Origin: Ophelia neglecta
Lineage: Eukaryota
Assembly (NCBI GenBank): GCA_965285935.1
Contig: OZ260663.1
Span: 66,898,001-66,962,000 of the forward strand
Direction of reading: 5' to 3'
Length of the DNA stretch: 64,000 bases
Shown here in pieces: positions 37,023-49,697 of this stretch. How positions within the stretch are numbered: the first letter of the stretch is position 1; every line of letters begins with the position of its first letter. The notes under the pieces were generated by a model. The model saw only the letters and a list, made by a program, of their open reading frames with translations, was not told the origin of the DNA and ran no database searches. The position numbers were made by a program, and so were the translations under genes.

Positions 37023-40000
37023 TACTGCGAATCCTCCCTCCGAGGTCTCCGACGGCCTATCTCTCTGAACCCCTCTGCATGATCCCATCTCCCCGGAAGG
37101 GGTCGATATTCTCATCAAGCCACACCCTCGGAGCCTGCACGGTGTCTCCGACTCTACCTGTAGCTATATTCACCAGTTAACTAACACCTGTTGGAGTCGC
37201 ACACATCTAACGCAGGTCTGATCATGAATAATTAAACGCCATCGATCTGAGAGAAGACAAAGTGAAAATATCGACCTGTGTACTGCTCCTACCGGCTCCC
37301 CCTCTCCCACTCATCGATAGTCCGCGGTAAACTCCGCCAGTAAATCCCAGTCCACGGACACAAAGAGCGCCCCCATTTACATGTTCCTCTCCATAATAGG
37401 ATATTTTAGCGGAGCTGACTGGTAATGGAGAGAATAATGCCCACGATAGATCTCCCCTGTGTAACTTTAATGACAGGTTTCTATCGGGTTTTGTTAGAGC
37501 CTATTTAATATGCTTATCGCTAGCCTGGACCGTTTTAGATCACCCATTCCCATATTCTCTCACCAAAAAGCATTCTGAAACATTTATACCAGAGCTAATG
37601 AATCATTCATGGAAATCGCTTTATATTTACAAATTTCAACACAATGCTGACAAAAGAAGCGACTATGACCGATATTTATTAAGAATAAAGGCTTCCAGGG
37701 GGTATTAATGGTCGCCGCCAGCCATCACAGATAATTGCATATACTTGTCCGAAATGTCATAAATGGGTCTTAGACGTAATTCTGCCCCAGTAAGGCGGGA
37801 AGCTGATCACAGACTCAGCTCATCAGTGACGTCTTAACAGTCCGTATCACCCCGCTGCCACTGTATAACTTCACTTCATACTTTTTATGATATTGATATA
37901 GAGATTTGGCATCTCGTAGGCGTGTTGAGAATTTGAATTTTTTATTTTTACTATAGTCTATTGTATCCAGTTGGAGAAGATCCACTTGCATCTCGCCGAT
38001 AGGCCTATTAGTTGACAGAATTAATGCATTGACCTGGCACTGGCATCAGATATAAACATCAGTAGAGACAGACACAAAACGTGTTGAAGTCAAACAGAAA
38101 TGCCGGATTACTCACATTGAATAAAACCCGGAGGGCGTATTCAAACTGCAACATTTAAGAGAGTGAACATTAATAGAACTGGAGAGTCTCTCATATGTGA
38201 TCTAACCATGACCACTGGCTGAAAACCTTCATGGTCAACGTTAACAAAATAAAGAAGACCACGAACGAGTATGTACCTTGTCACGTAATAAATAATTGTA
38301 TATAGACGAACGGTCCTTATTACCAAACGAACTCGAAATACAGCCTAAAAACTGCTCTTTTCTACTCACAAGGGGCGGGGTGTGTTGACACTATCACTCA
38401 AGAATTATTTTTTATGTTCACAAGTTGGTACAATTATCCAAAGATTCAGATCAAATCGTGTCAAAGAAATATAGATAGGCTCAATTTATTTGTCACTGAT
38501 CGATATCATTGTAAATATGAAAAATTCTGATTTAATTTAGGAGCATGACAAAATTTTTGTTTAGCATAATACACCTCCTTGTTACTACTGGCCAACTACT
38601 ATCACTGTGATATTGCTGTTGGCCCAATAGTAGCAGTATTACATATATTTTCGCGAATAAACTACTCATGGGTCAATTTCGAAACATTTCTAGGAATCTT
38701 TACTAGTTGGTGGTGGTTTTGATTATAGTAGTAACTTGTTACACACGTTTCCAGTTATCTTGATGGAGAGAGAGGTTGGACATGCCCTCACTCAATATGT
38801 GGTAATATCCTCAACAATACCAGGGAAGGGGAACACTATAGGTTTGAAATAAACGTTTGGTAAAAGTGCAAGGTACAATTGAGGAACTGCATGAAGATAC
38901 TGTCAGCGGTTGGACATATCAGTTTATAAGACAGTGGGCACAGAGGAAGCGGCTCTTTTTAGGCCTTGTAGGCCTAGTATGGTATTCCCACTTAGCAATA
39001 CCATCATAGTTAATAGCAGGCCTTCTTAATGTTAAAGAATTTAACCCAGCAGACAAACCCTTCTAAAATCAAAGAATAGATCAGTTAATATACCCAGAGC
39101 CGTTAGCAACGACCCCCCCCCCCCCCCATAGCCAGTCTTTCCCCAAATCCCCAACCCATATCCTCTTCTCCACCACAAGTACCATCCTCTCAACCAGGGT
39201 CACACTCTTGCCATTGCCCGTACATAACAGAGACAGGATGCTGAAATGATTCCTAAGTTTACCATGAGACTAACGGAACACTAGTTCGGACCGGAGCTTG
39301 GTACGTATACATCCCATGTGGCGGGAACTCCCGCCAGTGGAAGATACCGCTTTCACCGCGATGCACATATTGTTGAGGGTATTATAACCTATTTTCACTA
39401 CGACAAGAATTACAAATATATCAGCTGGTGATATGTCAGATGTAACCTGACAGAGGAGACCTTTCACCATCTTCCTCTCTCATAGTGTGAATAGAGTCTT
39501 AATATACACCGGTACCAATAAATTTATCTTACAACAAACTTCTCCTCATATCCGAAATGCCCGAGCCTGTGCCCATGCGAGCACTCTGCCCCTTGCTCCA
39601 CACGTAGATATTCATCATCTTAGAATTATTTATCTTCATATTATGAAATTATGATTTGTTTAATGTTATGATCTATTATAGGTTAATTGTAGCTGTCATT
39701 TTTTTAATAAGGATATTAAAGATATTATTATATATATTGTCAAAATGAATGTATATACACCGGGAATTAAACCTTTATAAATTATTACTTGTCAACATTT
39801 TATTCAATCGGTATTATTATTAGACAGCTTTAGTGATTATCTAACGACCAGAAGCACCATTTCTGTGGTACGAGAAAGCTGCAGGATCTGAAACCAATAA
39901 AAGGCTACTACCTTTAAGACAATAGCTTTAAGCAAAGCATACTAAACGAATACAATATTACTCGTTATTTTCGAAAAAGTACATACAAGGAGACCGCAAA

Positions 40001-41271
40001 ATCCGACAGTATGGGCCACCTGGTAAAGGGAAAAGTAAGGGTTCCCTTGCATCTAGTAAAGCTTGAGTATAGTGCCCAAATTACTAACCCAGACTTAGGA
40101 ACTCTGGGGTTAAAGGCAGACATTTTCCAAATTCACAGATAGAACTCTACATATTCCACCAATTTTTTAAGTACACACGCCTTGAGGACTTGTGGGATCA
40201 TATGCAGGAATGCCATCCCTTCCTCGCCGTGCTGTGCCACTAGTTTATTAATTAATTAAATATAGTCCAAATGGCAAAACGGTTCGAGTAACTGCTGCCA
40301 ATCTGGAGCACACCTCAGTCTTGTGGCATTTGACCTTATCCTATATCCCCAAAGAGACAAATTGAATATGGCTGGGGATGAAAACATGAGCCAATAAATA
40401 ATTATTTGATTGTGTCTCTGCTAATAAATATCCAATGTAGTGCACAATAAACGCTTACATGCAGTCATTGTGGTTAACATTGCCCAGGAGCAAGATGGTA
40501 AAAGCTATCTAATATGATATAGTGACTAAACAAATATAAATACAAATTATCTACTTATTAAGATTAATAGCATGACACGCGCACAAGTATGAAGTAAATG
40601 ATAAATCAAAATAATATCAAAATTTTACAAGTACAATTTGTTTTCATGAAAAGATTAAATTGCCAGGTTAAGGTGCGTCTATATCACCTCTACAGGCGGT
40701 TATATGCTTGTTGCCAGCTTGTAACGACATACTTTAGTTGTGACTACTCACAATGTTTTTTTTTTCATTACATGCGAGACTTACAAAAGAGTCACTGGAA
40801 GCCCGCACCCGTTTGCCGTGTTCCAGGATATAGAGCTTTATTTATGGAGAATTTTACCTAACATTCTCCATAACTATGTTACTATAAAAGGGACCCCATT
40901 ATAGTTAGTTAAAAGTTTGTACATATATAAATATAGGTTGTTGAAACAAAAATGTACGCTCTGTATAATTATGATTTCAAATGTCAACGTTTAAGTTTTT
41001 AGGTGTATTGACCAGCTGGCTTACACATTGTCCTTTGTCAGGGCGTCAGTGCGTACAAGTAACATATTGTAAGCAGAGTGCCATGTGTATTGAGGAACAT
41101 TTAATGAAGATTAAACAAGTTTAAGTATAAAATGCATTTAAACATGTATTTATTCCGCTTTTAAAACTTACTTTTATGTTGTGCCAAAGGTTAATCTCAA
41201 AACCAGTTAGTTAATCTATGGCAGTCACGGTCGTATAAATGCATCCAAGATGACCGTACCTACTTTTAGTA

Positions 41272-44222
41272 CCCCACTCCTACGAGGCCATGGGGCGTCT
41301 AGGGGCCAAGTCTCAACTATCCACTTCTCTCAGGCCAGGGGGTCTACTGGTGAAGTCATAAGACTCCCCACTCCTACCAGACCATGGGGCGTCTAGGGGC
41401 CAAGTCTCAACTATCCACTTCTCTCAGGCCAGGGGGTCTAGTGGTTAAGTCATAAGACTCCCACTCTTACCAGACCATGGGGCGTGTAGGGGCCAAGTCT
41501 CAACTATCCACTTCTCTCAGGCCAGGGGGTCTACTGGTTAAGTCATAAGACTCCCCACTCCTACCAGACCATGGGGCGTGTAGGGGCCAAGTCTCAACTA
41601 TCCACTTCTCTCAGGCCAGGGGGTCTAGTGGTTAAGTCATAAGACTCCCACTCTTACCAGACCATGGGGCGTGTAGGGGCCAAGTCTCAACTATCCACTT
41701 CTCTCAGGCCAGGGGGTCTACTGGTTAAGTCATAAGACTCCCCACTCCTACCAGACCATGAGGCGTCTAGGGGCCAAGTCCCAAGACTATCCACTTCTCC
41801 CAGGCCAGGGGGTCTACTGGTGAAGTCATAAGACTCCCCACTCCTACCAGACCATGGGACGTCTAGGGGCCAAGTCCCAAGACTATCCACTTCTCTCAGG
41901 CCAGGGGGTCTACTGGTGAAGTCACAAGACTCCCCACCCCTACCAGACCATGGGACGTCTAGGGGCCAAGTCCCAAGACTATCCACTTCTCCCAGGCCAG
42001 GGGGTCTACTGGTGAAGTCATAAGACTCCCCACTCCTACCAGACCATGGGGCGTGTAGGGGCCAAGTCTCAACTATCCACTTCTCTCAGGCCAGGGGGTC
42101 TACTGGTTAAGTCATAAGACTCCCCACTCCTACCAGACCATGGGGCGTGTAGGTGCCAAGTCCCAAGACTATCCACTCCCCCAGGCCAGGGGGTCTACTG
42201 GTGAAGTCATAAGACTCCCCACTCCTACCAGACCATGGGGCGTGTAGGGGCCAAGTCTCAACTATCCACTTCTCCCAGGCCAGGGGGTCTACTGGTTAAG
42301 TCATAAGACTCCCCACTCCTACCAGACCATGGGTCGTGTAGGGGCCAAGTATCAACTATCCACTTCTCTCAGGCCAGGGGGTCTACTGGTTAAGTCATAA
42401 GACTCCCCACTCCTACCAGACCATGGGGCGTGTAGGGGCCAAGTCTCATCTATCCACTTCTCTCAGGCCAGGGGGTCTACTGGTTAAGTCATAAGACTCC
42501 CCACTCCTACCAGACCATGGGGCGTGTAGGGGCCAAGTCTCAACTATCCACTTCTCCCAGGCCAGGGGGTCTACTGGTTAAGTCATAAGACTCCCCACTC
42601 CTACCAGACCATGGGGCGTCTAGGGGCCAAGTCTCAACTATCCACTTCTCCCAGGCCAGGGGGTCTACTGGTTAAGTCATAAGACTCCCCACTCCTACCA
42701 GACCATGGGGCGTGTAGGGGCCAAGTCTCAACTATCCACTTCTCTCAGGCCAGGGGGTCTAGTGGTTAAGTCATAAGACTCCCACTCCTACCAGACCATG
42801 GGGCGTGTAGGGGCCAAGTCTCAACTATCCACTTCTCTCAGGCCAGGGGGTCTACTGGTTAAGTCATAAGACTCCCCACCCCACTCCTACCAGACCATGG
42901 GGCGTCTAGGGGCCAAGTCTCAATATCCACTTCTCCCAGGCCAGGGGGTCTACTGGTTAAGTCATAAGACTCCCCACTCCTACCAGACCATGGGGCGTGT
43001 AGGGGCCAAGTCTCAACTATCCACTTCTCTCAGGCCAGGGGGTCTAGTGGTTAAGTCATAAGACTCCCACTCTTACCAGACCATGGGGCGTGTAGGGGCC
43101 AAGTCTAAACTATCCACTTCTCTCAGGCCAGGGGGTCTACTGGTTAAGTCATAAGACTCCCCACTCCTACCAGACCATGAGGCGTCTAGGGGCCAAGTCC
43201 CGAGACTATACACTTCTCCCAGGCCAGGGGGTCTACTGGTGAAGTCATAAGACTCCCCACTCCTACCAGACCATGGGACGTCTAGGGGCCAAGTCCCAAG
43301 ACTATCCACTTCTCCCAGGCAAGGGGGTCTACTGGTGAAGTCATAAGACTCCCCACTCCTACCAGACCATGGGACGTCTAGGGGCCAAGTCCCAAGACTA
43401 TCCACTTCTCTCAGGCCAGGGGGTCTACTGGTTAAGTCATAAGACTCCCCACTCCTACCAGACCATGGGGCGTCTTGGGGCCAAGTCCCAAGACTATCCA
43501 CTTCTCCCAGGCCAGGGGGTCTACTGGTTAAGTCATAAGACTCCCCACTCCTACCAGACCATGGGGCGTCTTGGGGCCAAGTCCCAAGACTATCCACTTC
43601 TCCCAGGCCAGGGGGTCTACTGGTTAAGTCATAAGACTCCCCACTCCTACCAGTCCATGGGACGTCTAGGGGCCAAGTCCCAAGTCTATCCACTTCTCCC
43701 AGGCCAGGGGGTCTACTGGTGAAGTCATAAGACTCCCCACTCCTACCAGACCATGGGGCGTCTAGGGGCCAAGTCCCAAGACTATCCACTTCTCCCAGGC
43801 CAGGGGGTCTACTGGTGAAGTCACAAGACTCCCCACTCCTACCAGACCATGGGGCGTGTAGGGGCCAAGTCCCAAGACTATACACTTCTCCCAGGCCAGG
43901 GGGTCTACTGGTAAAGTCACAAGACTCCCCACTCCTACCAGGCCATGGGGCGTGTAGGGGCCAAGTCCCAAGACTATACACTTCTCCCAGGCCAGGGGGT
44001 CTACTGGTGAAGTCACAAGACTCCCCACTCCTACCAGGCCATGGGGCGTGTAGGGGCCAAGTCCCAAGACTATACACTTCTCCCAGGCCAGGGGGTCTAC
44101 TGGTTAAGTCATAAGACTCCCCACTCCTACCAGACCATGGGACGTCTAGGGACCAAGTCCCAAGACTATACACTTCTCCCAGGCCAGGGGGTCTACTGGT
44201 GAAGTCACAAGACTCCCCACTC
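41272..44222. repeat. Tandem minisatellite/satellite, 96/94-bp unit, about 31 copies
   Basis: Unit ccccactcctaccagaccatggggcgtctaggggccaagtcccaagactatccacttctcccaggccagggggtctactggtgaagtcataagact repeated head-to-tail; the 94-bp variant has tctcaactat. Confidence 0.98.
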
Positions 44223-47200
44223 TATGTACATCCGCCTGTGGTTCCATATTTGTATAAGGTTTTTTTACAGCCTAAACATGTGAGAATAACTAAACAATAT
44301 CAAATTTGTTAGGCATTGCCAGCGAGGTTAATTAGTTAAACTATTGTTGTTTTCAACATCTATCCCCCTACCCCCCCCCCCCCCCCCCAAAAAAAACAAA
44401 AAAAAACAAAAACTGACTCGGTAAATCATATAGTTTGCTATTATAAAAATGTTTCGAGTTCGAGGAGGATTGATAGACGATTTTGCTGATGTCTGATTAT
44501 CGATCTTGGCATCAAATGTGTTGGCAGAGGCTTGCTGAACTAGATTAAAGATTGACAAGCCTATAACTGTTGTTTCAATGCTGATTTCGGTTGTTCCTTC
44601 ACATCTCCGCTTGGATTGCCCGCCAATTTCCTCACAATCTCTACAGGTTGATGCTACAGTGCATTATTCAACAACTGAATTGACAGCTCGATCACAGATT
44701 CCCACAAATTGCTTATCGATAATTTTCAGAAATCGACTGACGATATAGAATGCGAACTGTGTGCCAATTTCCTACGCCGTGTTTGTACTGGGGCTGTGTG
44801 GCCGCTCCAGTTACCCCGACCTCTTCGCACCCCTCCTCAGCAGACGACAACTCCCTTCAACGTGACTTTTACAAGCTTTCACCTGTGGTCACGCAACAAA
44901 ATATATTAGCACGATCAATGGTTATATTGATGTGCAAATATAGAGAAAATTAAAGGCGGTTGCTGATCGAGTTGGAGCGATTTACAGGTAGGCTGTGGGT
45001 AAACTTTGCCCCGCGCCAGTCAGAAGACAAAAGACAGCGAAATGACAGACGAGTTTTTTATGTAGTAAGCAACCGGTAGCGCGTGCCTGTCATAACGAGA
45101 TTGATCGTCGACAATTACTCGGTTAGTGTATGGGCACGACAGACACAATCCCGCAGCCAAACCGGCACACAATATTCCCATATCAAAACGACACCAATGA
45201 TTTGATATTGATATCTCAACTTTAATTTCCTGGCTCCTATTTACACAGTGTATCTACTTTCAGACGGCAGTTTTTGTCGTCTGCGATACAACATCGATCT
45301 TTTATCATTTGCCGTGGAGATTCAATACGAATCCATCCGACTTTTGTCTCGGCCGAGATTTGCTTCTGGTCCCCTGCTCGCGTTGTAATTACGCCACCAA
45401 ATTAAAGGGCGACGGTCATGATCTCTTAAATTTGGAAAATTGCAAATCACCAAAATGTAATTAAACATAGAATAGCTCTGAGAGGATTGGGGCGTTGGTC
45501 AAGTCAGATGGAGAGATCAGCAGGCGACTCGCCTTCAGAAAACTAAAAGCCGAATCTTGATAAGTTACATTATAATTTGAACCTTCAGCAACAGCCCCTT
45601 AACAGAACCTCGTTATCACCCCGCAAGGAGCGAGGGAACGCTGGAAGCTGCTGCAGATTTGCACGTCTTGGCCCATTCGACAATAAATCACCAAGTTTTT
45701 GGGCCACTGCCCGAAGTTTACTTATTAAACTGTCTCCGTGGCTGAACTCAATTAACTTCCACACCTAGAGTAGTCGAGACAGATCCCTGCTGACTCCTCG
45801 ATGGCTTTCTAAACGCTAGCATCTCTTCAGTGAGGGGTAGCCAAGCCTCAAGGGGGCTCGTAGACCGGCGCCGCACACCTTTCTAGACACATTCAATTTA
45901 CTTCGATGTCGGCTGTACTGGAGTGATTATCATCCGGTCAATTGTAACTTACCCCAAGCCCAGGAAATGATCAGATTGTTGCAACTCGATCGATATGATA
46001 TGATTATTACGACATGAAAATAAACACCAGTTAATTATGAAAATGTAAATTTTGGTAAACACTTAATAGAGGGTTCTAGTAGGCCTATATGGCATGCCAG
46101 AACATTGTTAGGCATGAATCTTGTTACTGCAGAATCAGGTACACGATTTGTTTATTCGCCTCAGCATGATTTTTTGTTAAATTTAAAGAATAATTGCACA
46201 TCTCCAACTACTTAAAGACAAATGATTTCATTTTCAGAACACTTTCGGGATACACATAATTGTTTTTGGTTTAACATAACATTTTGTGAATGTTTCCTTC
46301 TATAAGATTTGGCAGGTATTTCTGTTCAGGTATATAAGATGTTAACCCGCCATTAATGATATTGGGATCTATACATTCAAAATAAGACACAGGTCTATAT
46401 TTGACATTATTTTGACTTACTTGTCGCAAACTATTGGAAATACAATTTAAATGTATTTCATTCATACTAAAAGGGTTTTATTGTGGGGTATCAGCCCAAA
46501 GAGGCATTTGTCTATTTTTCTGTCAAAAGATTATTGTGTTAAAATGGCGAAATCAAGGCGCTTCTAAATATAATTAAATAAAAAAAACGGGAGGGTCTTT
46601 TCACTAAATATGCTTGGTTCCAACCATTACCTTGAATATTAGTGCAATTGCCAAACTTTGATAAAAACAAACCCTCATATAGATATGCCAAAAGGTATTT
46701 TTCTTTATTTGAACTCATTAGTCGCGATTATAATGAGTATTTTTCTATAAATTTATATAACTAGCTTATTGAATGGATCTCGGGGCGTTAGTTGTCACGT
46801 GGTCAAAGAAAAGAAGTGTTTTGCCTGTAGTGATTGTTGGGAGCACTCATGAAGAATTTCAGGAAAATTTCCAGGGTTTCGTAAAAAGCAGGGTGGGAAC
46901 AAGACTCTTGAAGAAGACAGAAGAAAACGAGGCTCTAGCAAAAGTCAGAAAATACTGTACACAGCAAAAACCAGAACGAGCCGCGGTCTGTAGCAGAAGT
47001 GAGAGGGGGTACACGACTGTAGCTGATAATAGAATCCACAACAAGAACAAGGTTTTGCAGTTGCAGAAACTAGAACGAGAAAAGCGCTGTAGCGGGTCTA
47101 TAGGGCCGGATCGAGGAAAACGTTAAGAGAAAAAATTAATGTACATGTACATAGATAGGCCTAGAAGAGACCTGATCGAGAAAAAGCGGAAGCAGAACGA

Positions 47201-49633
47201 GAAAAAAAGCGGTAGCAGGACCCAGAACAAGAAAAATACATTTGTAGCAGCACCCAGACCGGTAACTTGGCTAAATATAACGCTACAGCATAAACCCGAG
47301 GGATGTCTAACATTAAAGATACATGGCGGAAGTGCATGGAAGAAGAAAGCACCTTTTTCTTTCTTTTAAAATATGTCCTACGAAGTTGTCCTGATAACAT
47401 TAAAGTATTATGTATCTATTTACTACGAGTATCTGGTACAGTAATATACTCATAGCCAGGTATTAGTGTGGTCAAGCTTGTATAGTAGGTCTATGGTCAA
47501 GTTTAATGTTTGATTTAATCTCAATCCATTGCATGCGAGGGCAAAAAACAGCTTTGATTTTCATTAAACAATTACCTCAAACAGACGCATACCTGACATT
47601 TCACCTATACCATTATATCAGCTTTGACATGTTGAAGCCCCCTCATCATAGGATATTGTCATATCAATTAGTAATGATGAGTTTATAAATAAACTTTAAA
47701 CTGGTCTTTGTATTAGAGGAGAATACAATCAATGCCATGTAATTTGGTAGTTGTCACGAACTGTTGGCCGTTGACACCAGTCTTCGTATTGCTGTATTCT
47801 TTCTCTGGCCGTCTGGTGCAACCCCCGCCGAACGCCAAATCCCGTTCATTACCAGACTAAAACGTCTCGGCACGCGGCTTTTGTCCAATAAATCGCAGCA
47901 TTTAAGGTAACATACAATTTCAACGACTTATTCAAGCTTAATGATTGCCAAAGTATCCATTAGCAACAAGGTATCAGCGTGATATTTCTCTCCAGCTTTG
48001 GAGTAGATAATAAACTGGCAGTCATGCCGAATTAAACGCCACAAGTGGAGCTCTCAAAGCAGACACACAGTCCCTTTTGTTCACAAATCCAAGAAAATGG
48101 CCTAGAATTTCCTGGCGCGGAGCTCCGGCGGCCAAATTAAAGTAATGGACTGTATTTTGGATTAATAATTACACCTCCCCGGATCAATACGTTCAATAAA
48201 AGCGGCTTAAGAATCGCGCTCACGCAAAATGAAGATTTTAAGTCAGATCAGCATTGGTACTTTGGCAGATTGTATTTGTGCAGTAGTAGCGACTTCCGCA
48301 CGAGGAACATAATCAAAGTGTAACTGTGTCAGCAACAGCCATGGCTTTATAATTGATTGACATCGTACTTTGTTGCTCGCTGATCGATATTGCGGTCGAT
48401 ACCAAACTGATTTTCCTTTGATTATGTCCCCCAAAGTAACAGAATGATTAGAAACTGACCAAAAAGCTTTCAATGAAGTCAGAAAGTGTTCAATTATTTG
48501 TCAGACTTCTGTTGATAACCAGAAAGTAGACATTTCAGTTTGACGTCTGTAATTGCGGCCGGCTTCAGCCGATCCACTGTATACCGGATATGACGTCCAA
48601 GCAGAACGCTTTAAACTGACAAATCCAACCGATGAATTGACCCCGTTTGTAAAGTACAATGTTGTTTCAATGGCAGAAGCCTGATCCCTTTAGACAAAAG
48701 TCAGATTTTATGGACGTTGGATTTTTTCATTTGGAATGCTTCTTGCCCACCAAATGGCCATCGCTCATTTCGACTGATGCCTCTAGATAGCTGCCGCAAA
48801 CGAATGAGACACGTGTGATAGTTAACGAAATCGAATTGGGCGAGTTATATGACCTCTGTTGACCATTTAGCAGACGACATCAGCGATGCTAAGCCCGCTT
48901 CTGTGATGTGTGATGTCACGGGAAACAGGGCACCATAAGACTGAAGATTTGCAAAACCATTAGAAGGGCTAGGCAATGGTAGCTTTGTCGCCGAAATAGC
49001 CGTGCAGATGTGCGCTGCACGACTTGTGGAAAGCACGCGGGGCTTCAAATGAGCATCATAAATTAGATTATAGGCTCATCGTTGTTCCTCGAGCAGTTAG
49101 AGTGATCTCAAAGGAGAAGACTTCATCACGTCGTCATGCCTGGCCATTGAAGGGACAAATGTGGGTGATGAGCGGCATGGTTGACGCCAGATGCCATCTC
49201 GGTTCATCTTTATTCTCTGTGCATGAGCTTAGACAGACTTCTTTCATATTTGTGCCTTTTTCCACTAAAAGTTATACGTGTGTCAAACTTGACGTGCAAA
49301 TTCTATATAACAACTGTGGGTTTTATCCAGGTAAAAACACCTTTAAAAGAATTTTTGCTTTAAACGTTGAACATAAACTCGATGGAAATGAAATGTATAT
49401 TTATCTATTTAGGCATATATACACATGTATATAGAGAATACAAATTCGCTAACGAAGGGCGGCAAACCAAGTTATGACGCCACCTTGCCCCCAGATAGAA
49501 AAATGAAACGGAAAGAGATATTTATGAGAGACAGCTAATATACTTACACCTCGGAATTGAATGGGAGGGAAACTTAAAACCATTGAAATGGTCAGACAAA
49601 TCAATAGTTTGTTAGGTTAATTCTTTATTGACC

Positions 49634-49697
49634 TCAAATTATGCTTTTTAGAAGCAATAATTCCATCAAATTATGCTTTTTAGAAGCATTGATTCCA
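49634..49697. repeat. 32-bp tandem duplication
   Basis: tcaaattatgctttttagaagcaataattcca followed by tcaaattatgctttttagaagcattgattcca. Confidence 0.85.

Noticed and set aside
40053-40097. LVKLEYSAQITNP resembling a CR1/L2 C-terminal motif
   Set aside because: Only 15 codons with no flanking support.
43073-44173. 366-aa repetitive ORF and others in the array
   Set aside because: It is open only because the 96-bp unit is a multiple of three; neighbouring 94-bp units frameshift it, and the start is not ATG.
41272-44222. CRISPR-like array
   Set aside because: The whole unit repeats, with no unique spacers and no cas genes, in eukaryotic intron-containing DNA.
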